From Opitutales bacterium (lineage in GTDB: Bacteria; Verrucomicrobiota; Verrucomicrobiia; Opitutales; PNEW01): a stretch of 32,000 bases of DNA. The stretch's first letter is position 1. Each line of letters opens with the position of its first letter. The stretch spans positions 150,001 through 182,000 of the forward strand of contig CBDCNV010000001.1 in the NCBI GenBank assembly GCA_965219535.1. The letters are read 5' to 3'. The position numbers and the translations under genes are program-made. Shown in pieces: positions 25,556 to 32,000 of the stretch. The notes beneath the pieces were generated by a model that was not told the origin of the DNA, made no database searches, and saw only the letters and a list, made by a program, of their open reading frames with translations.

Positions 25556-26774
25556 GATTGTAATAACCCGTTCGCGACGACGGCGGATAGGACACGCGAT
25601 CAGCTATGCTTTTTTAATTACCGTTGGTGTAACGATGATATTTCCTTTTTTCTGGATGCTCATTACTTCGGTAAAGTCCCGCTATGCAGATCCACTGGAT
25701 TTAAACAAACTGCTCCCGGAAACAGTCTGGCAAATTTCCGCCAGTGATATCCGCAACTGGACAGAACTCTTCAATAAACTCAATCGGGCAGACAGATTGA
25801 TGGATTCTTCTGCGCTAAAAACACTCTGGACTGCGATGGAACCCAATGAACAACGCAAGATCGGCAGTGTGGTAACGCGAGGAAAATACGGGGAAGAGGA
25901 TAAAAAAATGTTAGTTACTGGATTGAATCAAATACTGCTCAACGAGGAACTATGGAAAAATGAAGAGGTAGCGGCGGTCCTCAGGCCAGGGGAAAGAGCC
26001 GTTATCACCAATAATAGTCCACTGGCAAAAGAAAATAGAATTAAAATAAACCGTATGATTATCGATGCGCTCTTTCCCGAAGAAATACATAAAGCGCACC
26101 GCTACCATTGGCGAAATTATCGAACAGTGTTTGTGGAAATTAATTTCTATCGCGCAATATTAAACAGTTTCTTTGTCACTATTATGATTACGGTAGGCCA
26201 GGTATTTACCAGTTCACTCGCTGCCTACGCTTTTGCCCGCCTTAATTTTTTTGCTCGCGACCACATTTTTCTCGGGTACCTGGCAACGCTAATGGTTCCC
26301 GGCACAGTTACCATGATACCCGTGTTTATTATCTTACGTGAACTCGGGTGGATTAATACCTATTACGCCCTCATCATTCCGCCATTATTCAGCGCTTACG
26401 GCACGTTTATGCTTCGCCAGTTCTTTCTGTCCCTACCCCGCGCGGTGGAAGAAGCAGCCATCCTCGACGGGTGTAATGCCTTCAGAGTTTACTGGCATGT
26501 TATTTTACCGCTTTCCAAACCGGGTTTATCCGCTTTGGCCATACTGACCTTTATTGGTTCCTGGCGCAGTTTCATGTGGCCATTGATTGTATCTCACAGC
26601 GATAATATGTATACACTGCCCGTTGCCTTATCCCTCTTCCAATCCTTTTACGAAATTGAATGGACGCTTTTGATGGCTGGCTCGATAATTATGATCGCCC
26701 CCATGCTCCTTGTATTCATTATCGGTCAGCGCTACTTTATTGAAGGGATTCAGCTGGGCGCAGTGAATGGCTGA
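25548..26774 (+). CDS. ABC transporter permease (MalG/UgpE-like) with a greatly enlarged first periplasmic loop
   Basis: EAA loop EEAAILDGCNAFRVYWHVILPLSKP. I prefer the ATG at 25548 (GGAGGGAGG upstream; 8-nt overlap with the previous gene). About 150 hydrophilic residues separate TM1 (ISYAFLITVGVTMIFPFFWML) from the conserved NY....F...L.NS segment. Confidence 0.8.
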   Translation: MGKIVITRSRRRRIGHAISYAFLITVGVTMIFPFFWMLITSVKSRYADPLDLNKLLPETVWQISASDIRNWTELFNKLNRADRLMDSSALKTLWTAMEPNEQRKIGSVVTRGKYGEEDKKMLVTGLNQILLNEELWKNEEVAAVLRPGERAVITNNSPLAKENRIKINRMIIDALFPEEIHKAHRYHWRNYRTVFVEINFYRAILNSFFVTIMITVGQVFTSSLAAYAFARLNFFARDHIFLGYLATLMVPGTVTMIPVFIILRELGWINTYYALIIPPLFSAYGTFMLRQFFLSLPRAVEEAAILDGCNAFRVYWHVILPLSKPGLSALAILTFIGSWRSFMWPLIVSHSDNMYTLPVALSLFQSFYEIEWTLLMAGSIIMIAPMLLVFIIGQRYFIEGIQLGAVNG

Positions 26775-26786
26775 CAATTCCTTTTT

Positions 26787-26827
26787 TCGTCCCGACCTGG
26801 AGGATAATCGCGCCCACGTTTACACCT
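26787..26827. repeat. Possible degenerate fragment of the palindromic element family
   Basis: TTCGTCCCGACC matches the reverse complement of part of the 7165-7272 copy. The following CTGGAGG....GCCCACGTTT resembles the CTGGAGGGCCACACGTTT terminus. No intact hairpin is present. Confidence 0.3.
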
Positions 26828-26866
26828 ATTTATCGATGGCACACCGAGTCGAGCGAGGCACTCAAT

Positions 26867-28045
26867 TTATTTATCAACCCGCACTGATCGTTTCTTGATA
26901 CTAAAAAGAAAGAGGATAATACCCAATCCTACACTAAGGGCACCGATGATACCAAAGGTGGCGGCAATGCCATAACGGGATGTAAACGGTTGAGCGATAA
27001 TCGGCGAAAAAAACATTCCAATATAAGTGCAGGTCGCCAAACCACCTATTGCTCGACCGCGATATTGGAAGGGAGTCACCGTATTTACCCAAAGATTGGC
27101 ATTAGGCCAGAACCAACCTAAGCCCAGGGATGTGATGATGAGCCCGAATAATGTAACTTTAATTCCCGCTGAAAAAAATAATACTATAAAGCCCAACCCG
27201 AGAAATAAAAATGAACTGTATGCAATTTCTAAAAAGGTTAAGTGGGTTTTTATTTTTCCATAAGTCAAAGAAATAAATGCGGACAACAAATTCATTCCCG
27301 CGAGAATAAGACCAATGTGAGTACTGCTGGTATACGATAAACCCTGCAAAAAAAAGGGCATCAGAACGGGGACAAGATAAAAGAATGAAATATGAATGAA
27401 GATAAGGGTATAGATTGATGCGATGATCAAATAGGGGAGTTTCCCCTCCTCAAGTTTCGCCGCTTGAGCCTCTTGTTTTTTTATACGTTGCGGCTCTGAA
27501 ATAAAAAAAATACAGGCAGGCAATATAATGACCGCAATTGCGTAGGCGATAAATGTAGCCCGCCAATGTATATCCCCCAGGACCCCTCCTAAACTCAGAA
27601 AGACAACTGCTCCAAAGCCCATGAAGGACGTCTGTAACCCCATCATCCTCTGCCTTTCTTCCCTTTCGTAATAATCTGCAGTTAAGGCAATACAGGTGGT
27701 TAGGATGCCGCCAATTGATATTCCCAGCAGTGCACGCCCGATAATCAGGGTAAAAAGCGAGTTGAGATATAAACCAGAAGTACCCGCTATGGCAAAGAGG
27801 ATGAGCGAAGATAGGAGTATTAACTTTCGTCCTAATCGGTCGACGACATACCCGGCAAGCGGAGCCGTGATCGCGGTGAATAAAAATGGGGTAGTGAGAA
27901 AAAGCCGTACTAACAATTCAGCATTTGGTACTCCTTGAAAATAGTCGGAGACTTTCGGCATCGCTGCAACTACCGTGGTACCCGACATCACGGTCATGCT
28001 GCTTGTCATTAACAAGGTAGCCAGGCGTAAGGAATCTTTCTTCAC
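26867..28045 (-). CDS. MFS transporter
   Basis: A 392-aa ORF with about 12 hydrophobic segments and the MFS loop motif GYVVDRLGRKLILL between TM2 and TM3. It has a GTG start. Confidence 0.8.
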   Translation of the reverse strand: MKKDSLRLATLLMTSSMTVMSGTTVVAAMPKVSDYFQGVPNAELLVRLFLTTPFLFTAITAPLAGYVVDRLGRKLILLSSLILFAIAGTSGLYLNSLFTLIIGRALLGISIGGILTTCIALTADYYEREERQRMMGLQTSFMGFGAVVFLSLGGVLGDIHWRATFIAYAIAVIILPACIFFISEPQRIKKQEAQAAKLEEGKLPYLIIASIYTLIFIHISFFYLVPVLMPFFLQGLSYTSSTHIGLILAGMNLLSAFISLTYGKIKTHLTFLEIAYSSFLFLGLGFIVLFFSAGIKVTLFGLIITSLGLGWFWPNANLWVNTVTPFQYRGRAIGGLATCTYIGMFFSPIIAQPFTSRYGIAATFGIIGALSVGLGIILFLFSIKKRSVRVDK

Positions 28046-28365
28046 TTTTGGGGTAATCGATCTGTCATAGATACACTATCTATTGATTCGCTGGGAATTT
28101 TACACGCAGATTCTGCATAAGAGGGAATGGGAAGCCAGAAGTGTGAATACCGCGCTTTCATTATAACGAGGAATGTTTGTTCTTAGCCAAAGTATGCTGA
28201 ACTGCTAAATTTCAGCGTGTTTTCGTAAAAACCCCGTAAAAAGCTTGTTTTCAACAATTAATAGGGCTTATTACCTAGACATATTATAATGCATACCCTA
28301 ATATTCTATCACAATAACATTACCAATAGTTATGAAGAGCACGACCATCATAAGTAAAACTATCA

Positions 28366-28413
28366 ATATTGGTCGTGACCACGAAAACTGGTCCACTAGA
28401 AAAGTTAGTCTGG
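28366..28413 (+). repeat. IS3 left terminal inverted repeat
   Basis: ATATTGGTCGTGACCACGAAAACTGGTCCACTAGAAAAGTTAGTCTGG, aligned by hand to the reverse complement of 29614-29660. Confidence 0.75.
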
Positions 28414-28436
28414 GACACCTAGAAAGGACTCAGACA

Positions 28437-29648
28437 ATGAAAGGCAAAAGATATACAACCGAAGAGAAGATACGGATGCTGCGGCAGGCAGACAAAGGGA
28501 AAACGATCCTGGAAGTATGCCGCGAGAACAACATAAGCGAACAGACCTTCCACCGCTGGAAACGTGAACTTGGGATGATTGATGTCAACCAGGCCAAGCG
28601 GATGAAGGAACTCTTTGAAGGAGAACGCGCGGTTAAAGCGGATGCTGGCGGACAAGCTGCTGGGGATAGAGATTGTGCAGGAGACGCTCGAAAAAAAACT
28701 GTAAGCCCTGGGCACAAGCGGCAAGTGGCAGAGAGACTTGTGGCCCGGGGCCAGTGTTCGATACGTGGAGCGTGCCGATACTTTCACCTGCACCGCTCCA
28801 CCTATGCGTATCGGGCGAAGTATCCTGATGCCTGGCTAACGAAACTGAAGGCGGCAGTAAGGCGGTTATCACGGCAATACGCGAGGTGGGGCTATCCGAA
28901 GATCACGAAGCTGTTGAAGGACGAAGGCTGGCAGGTGGGTAAACGGCTCGTGCAAGGTCTGCGACGTGAACTGGGCCTGGCGATTCCCCCACGCAAGCCA
29001 AGACGCCGGCGCAGGGGTGTCTCCACCGGGCTGCCGACGAAGGCCGAACATCCCGACCATGTTTGGACCTGGGACTTTATCCACGATAAGACGGTCCGCG
29101 GTGGGAATCTCAAAATGCTCACCGTCCTTGACGAGTACACCCGCGAGTGCCGGGTGATCCATGTCGATCGCCATATCAATGCACAGAAGGTGCGCGGGGT
29201 CATGCAAAAACTGCTCGACCCTCATGGGCCGCCAAAATATATTCGCAGCGATAACGGTTCCGAGTTTATTGAAAAGGAATTGCGAACTTGGCTAACTGCG
29301 ATGAAAATCAATACCCTCTATATCGAACCAGGAAGCCCTTGGCAGAACGGATACATCGAATCGTTCCATGCCCGTTTTCGCGAGGAGTGTCTAAATCGTG
29401 AACAGCTGTGGACTTTGACCGAAGCCCGCGTGGTGATCGAAGATTGGCGCTGGCTTTACAATCATGTTCGACCCCACCGCAGCCTCGGCAATATTACTCC
29501 ACAACGTTTCGCTCAAAACCTCAATACCGAAGGCTCGGGCTCCATTCGGGCTACGCCCTCATTGCGCCCAAGCCTTGACTTCCTCTACCAACTTAACTTC
29601 AACATTAACCTCTCCAGACTAACTCTCTCAGTGGACCAGTTTGTGTAA
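28437..29648 (+). CDS. IS3-family transposase, read as one continuous frame in this copy (OrfA HTH, out-of-frame zipper region, DDE OrfB)
   Basis: The HTH is MKGKRYTTEEKIRMLRQADKGKTILEVCRENNISEQTFHRWKRE. The DDE triad context is HVWTWDFIH / IRSDNGSEF / PWQNGYIESFHARFREE. The leucine-zipper end of OrfA (KENARLKRMLADKLLGIEIVQETLEKKL*) is encoded in the +1 frame at 28618-28704. The track ORF start at 28332 lies outside the IS. Confidence 0.85.
   Translation: MKGKRYTTEEKIRMLRQADKGKTILEVCRENNISEQTFHRWKRELGMIDVNQAKRMKELFEGERAVKADAGGQAAGDRDCAGDARKKTVSPGHKRQVAERLVARGQCSIRGACRYFHLHRSTYAYRAKYPDAWLTKLKAAVRRLSRQYARWGYPKITKLLKDEGWQVGKRLVQGLRRELGLAIPPRKPRRRRRGVSTGLPTKAEHPDHVWTWDFIHDKTVRGGNLKMLTVLDEYTRECRVIHVDRHINAQKVRGVMQKLLDPHGPPKYIRSDNGSEFIEKELRTWLTAMKINTLYIEPGSPWQNGYIESFHARFREECLNREQLWTLTEARVVIEDWRWLYNHVRPHRSLGNITPQRFAQNLNTEGSGSIRATPSLRPSLDFLYQLNFNINLSRLTLSVDQFV
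28692..28698 (+). other. Programmed -1 ribosomal frameshift heptamer A AAA AAA of the IS3 element
   Basis: The run of eight A at 28691-28698 lies 4 nt before the OrfA-frame TAA (28702-28704). The OrfB frame is -1 relative to the zipper frame. Confidence 0.65.
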
Positions 29649-29660
29649 CCCGACCAATAT
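29614..29660 (-). repeat. IS3 right terminal inverted repeat
   Basis: Its reverse complement reads ATATTGGTCGGGTTACACAAACTGGTCCACTGAGAGAGTTAGTCTGG. Confidence 0.75.
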
Positions 29661-29662
29661 CA

Positions 29663-30594
29663 CAACGCCCAACCATCTTCATCTTGAAATCGTTCGCGCT
29701 GCTGCCGAGGCCGGAAAGCATGTTTATTGTGAAAAGCCAGTCGGAATGAGCACGAGGGAAACCGCTGAAATCGAATTACTTGCCCGTGAGGCCGGTATCC
29801 TCTCCCTCGTCGGGTTTAACTACCGCTGGGCACCGCTTGTTCAGTATGCCCATCAATTGATAAATGAGGGAAAATTGGGTGAGTTGACACATTATCGCGG
29901 TCGATTTTTAGTCGGCTACGCGAGCAATCCCGAGGGTGGGCTCTCCTGGAGATTTATAAAGGAGCTGGCTGGCTTGGGGGCACTGGGTGATTTAATGTCG
30001 CATGTCACCAATATGGCGCATTTTCTTGCCGGACCGATCAAAGAGGTCATTGGCAACGAGAAAACGTTCATCCCCCAACGGCCGATTGTGAAAGAAGGGG
30101 AGACGCATTTTACTGCGCGCGGCGGCAGTGAGAAAGGCGATGTCACGAACGAAGATTACGCCGGCGCGCTCGTAAAATTTTCCAATGGCGCTCAGGGTTC
30201 TTTCGAAGTGTGCCGGATAATTAGCGGCATGAAATGCCAGATGGCTTTTGAAGTGCATGGGACAAAAGGCGCCATTAACTGGAATTTCGAGAAGATGAAT
30301 GAGATGAATGTCTTTCTACCCGACGAGAAAAATAACCACGATGGCTTCGTAACTCTCTATACTGGATCCGAGCACCCCTATCACGCCAATTTTAATCCTG
30401 GTCCAGCCAACAGTTTGAGCTACGAAGATCTTAAGATAATTGAGTCCTATAATTTTCTTCGCTCTATCCATGAAAATAAGCAGGCCGAACCCGGCTTTAG
30501 TGCCGCATTGAAAGTTGCTGAAGTGCATGACGCCATCATTCGCTCCTGGGATTCAAAACAATGGGAAGCAGTGAGGCCGATTATTATAAACTAA
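29663..30594 (+). pseudogene. Gfo/Idh/MocA-family oxidoreductase, 5'-truncated at the IS3 end
   Basis: The reading frame begins at the conserved TPNHLH..IV.AA.AGKHVYCEKP motif, which normally lies about 70-95 aa into these proteins. The N-terminal Rossmann GxGxxG part is absent. The first 7 codons of the track ORF are IS sequence. Confidence 0.7.
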
Positions 30595-30706
30595 TATAAT
30601 TCCAAATTCACCGCAAAGAACGCCAAGTTAATGAATATAATATCAATTTCTATTTTTTATTCAAAACTCTCGGCGAACTCAGCGCCTCATCGGTTACTAT
30701 TATGAC

Positions 30707-31543
30707 ATGAGTGAATCTAAAAAGATGAAAGGGCAACGAGTGCTGGTAACTGGATCGGGCACCGGAATCGGCCGGGGGGTCGCATTAGAATTCGCTAAAG
30801 CGGGCGCCGCCGTTGTGCTGCATTACGCCCATAGCGAAGAGGGATGTATCAGCGCGGTTGAAGAAATACAGAGTGAGGGGGGAAAAGCGGAAGCATTCAA
30901 AGCCGATCTCGGAAACATTGATGCCTGTCGGGATCTTGCATCAAAGGCTGCTGATTTTCTCGGCGGGATCGATGTGCTCGTGAATAATTCAGGTATTACA
31001 ATGAACAAACCTTTTCTCGAGGTAACGCCGGAACAGTTCGATACGCTCTACAATGTAAATATAAGGGGAATGTTTTTTCTCACTCAATTTACCGCACCTC
31101 ACATGATTGATCGTGGCAAGGGCGCGGTCATCAATTTAACCTCGGTACACACTTATGCCGGTATGAGCGAACATACGGTTTACGCTGGAACTAAAGGGGC
31201 GATCGTCGCTTTCACGCGCGTCCTTGCATTGGAACTTTCGCATAAAGGGATAAGAGTTAATGCTATCGCCCCGGGTTGGATCCTCGTCGAAAATCACCTT
31301 AAAGTACTGGATGATTTTGATCGTGATGCCGCTGCCGCCAGCATCCCCGCGGGCATTATTGGAGCACCGACTGACATCGGTAAACTGGCCCTTTTCCTCG
31401 CCTCCGACGACGCGCGTTACATCGTCGGTCAGACTTTTGTTATCGATGGGGGACAATTATCCATCATGCCCTTGACCGGTGATTTTCGAGAAGAACGAAA
31501 AGAGCAATGGGGGCAAGGTTACGTCCCCGGGCTCGAGAAGTGA
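30707..31543 (+). CDS. Short-chain dehydrogenase/reductase (classical SDR)
   Basis: TGSGTGIGRGVA (TGxxxGxG), NNSG, and S...YAGTKGA (YxxxK). Confidence 0.85.
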   Translation: MSESKKMKGQRVLVTGSGTGIGRGVALEFAKAGAAVVLHYAHSEEGCISAVEEIQSEGGKAEAFKADLGNIDACRDLASKAADFLGGIDVLVNNSGITMNKPFLEVTPEQFDTLYNVNIRGMFFLTQFTAPHMIDRGKGAVINLTSVHTYAGMSEHTVYAGTKGAIVAFTRVLALELSHKGIRVNAIAPGWILVENHLKVLDDFDRDAAAASIPAGIIGAPTDIGKLALFLASDDARYIVGQTFVIDGGQLSIMPLTGDFREERKEQWGQGYVPGLEK

Positions 31544-31577
31544 TAATAGTGTTCAAAACTTAAGAATCGTATATTAA

Positions 31578-31604
31578 GGTGGAACGCGCTGTCTCTAGCG
31601 CGTT
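31578..31604 (-). repeat. Palindromic intergenic element, short-loop form, stem type C (GGTGG-AACGCGCT-GTCTCT-AGCGCGTT)
   Basis: A perfect 8-bp stem (31583-31590 / 31597-31604), a 6-nt loop and a GGTGG head. It shares GGTGGAACGCGCTG with the reverse complement of the 6007-6063 copy. Confidence 0.8.
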
Positions 31605-31620
31605 TAATTTTATGTATTTT
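31583..31620 (+). terminator. Candidate intrinsic terminator for the SDR gene (same hairpin as the repeat, plus a T-rich tract)
   Basis: An 8-bp GC-rich stem is followed by TAATTTTATGTATTTT, 40 nt after the stop codon at 31541-31543. Confidence 0.4.
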
Positions 31621-31628
31621 ATTACAGT

Positions 31629-31685
31629 AGCGCGCTGGGGAACAGCCGTCGCCAAGGCTATGGCGGTCAGGCAGCACGTTCCACC
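31629..31685 (+). repeat. Palindromic intergenic element, long-loop form, stem type C
   Basis: AGCGCGCTGGGGAACAGCCGTCGCCAAGGCTATGGCGGTCAGGCAGCACGTTCCACC. It is a paralogue of 6007-6063 and is in inverted orientation relative to the copy at 31578. Confidence 0.75.
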
Positions 31686-31698
31686 TCTACTTTATCAA

Positions 31699-32000
31699 CT
31701 ACATCTTATTTAACTCTCGATCGGATTCGAGAAAACCCCATCCGTCGAGAAACTTTATCCAGCGTGCACGCTTCGTATTACCTTCCGGGTTGGACAACCA
31801 GCTTTCGGGGTACTGCGGTCCGGGAAATTTTAGCGCTTTTCTCGTGTGGCGACTGGATTCGAGCATACTCTTTTCTGCTTCTACCTCTCCGGGCGTATGA
31901 GGATTTTTATGCCAATTTACACTGCACATACGCCGGTCCTTTGACCCGCCCCAGGTCGCATGCCAGAGACGAAAGTCAAAGGTCACCACATCACCCGGTT
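31699..32000 (-). CDS. PhyH-family dioxygenase, C-terminal part (5' end outside the window)
   Basis: The frame remains open to the window edge (..RGDVVTFDFRLWHATWGG), which is the distal-His region typical of PhyH proteins. The 'M' in the track is an internal GTG. Confidence 0.6.
   Translation of the reverse strand, partial: PGDVVTFDFRLWHATWGGSKDRRMCSVNWHKNPHTPGEVEAEKSMLESSRHTRKALKFPGPQYPESWLSNPEGNTKRARWIKFLDGWGFLESDRELNKM

Larger units (their letters stand above)
28364..29662 (+). mobile_element. IS3-family insertion sequence (about 1.3 kb)
   Basis: Imperfect terminal inverted repeats of about 48 bp share perfect blocks ATATTGGTCG, AAACTGGTCCACT and AGTTAGTCTGG. The right end finishes ...ATCA, the usual IS3 CA terminus. 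The interior has an HTH/leucine-zipper OrfA, an A7 slippery site and a DDE OrfB. Boundaries are uncertain by a few bp. Confidence 0.85.

Noticed and set aside
28332-28436. The track ORF start at 28332 for the transposase (MKSTTIISKTINIGRDHENW...).
   Set aside because: The first 11 codons lie outside the IS and the rest run through its left terminal inverted repeat. The conserved OrfA HTH begins at the ATG at 28437, which has an AAAGGA upstream.
29641-29662. A TTG start at 29641 giving an apparently intact 317-aa oxidoreductase.
   Set aside because: Its first 7 codons are IS3 right-end sequence, and the protein would lack the whole NAD-binding N-terminal domain. I treat it as a truncated pseudogene, although read-out expression from the IS cannot be excluded.
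30608-30630. CACCGCAAAGAACGCCAAG upstream of the SDR gene, which resembles short repeat motifs I associate with intergenic low-complexity repeats in some genomes.
   Set aside because: It is a single occurrence in this window with no tandem structure, so the sequence gives no support for calling it a repeat.

Overview
This is a gene-dense bacterial chromosomal window, mostly metabolism and transport, with no rRNA, tRNA or CRISPR that I could find. All family calls come from reading motifs by eye; no BLAST or HMM search was possible.

**Central block (about 8.2-20.4 kb, + strand).** It encodes an RpiR-type regulator, formate-tetrahydrofolate ligase, a four-subunit sarcosine-oxidase-like dehydrogenase (beta/delta/alpha/gamma), a GlnA-like ligase and three split glutamate-synthase-domain proteins. 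That gene set and order match the N-methylglutamate (NMG) methylamine-oxidation pathway (mgdABCD-gmaS-mgsABC). A divergent DapA-like aldolase-fold gene and a GltS-type Na+/glutamate symporter follow it.

**Left part.** It holds two PhyH-family dioxygenases; the first is cut by the window edge and is far more GC-rich than its surroundings. Next come a roughly 600-aa B12-binding radical SAM protein, a D-2-hydroxyacid dehydrogenase, a FAH-family hydrolase, an amidohydrolase-2 protein and a small secreted protein.

**Right part.** It holds a short nucleotidyltransferase gene remnant and a CUT1-type ABC importer (binding protein plus two permeases, no ATPase gene). These are followed by an MFS transporter, an IS3-family insertion sequence abutting a 5'-truncated Gfo/Idh/MocA oxidoreductase, an SDR, and a further PhyH gene cut by the window edge.

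**Most unusual sequence-level signal.** A family of GC-rich palindromic repeat elements (12 clear or degenerate copies plus one doubtful fragment) lies outside every coding region I call. Each is a 7-8 bp stem, a 6-nt loop or a 40-90 nt insert, and a CCTCC/CCACC tail. The family has three stem variants with the same geometry and often occurs as inverted pairs. One perfect pair splits the NMG cluster between mgdD and gmaS. A second, unrelated degenerate AATGCG 8-mer array follows two stop codons.
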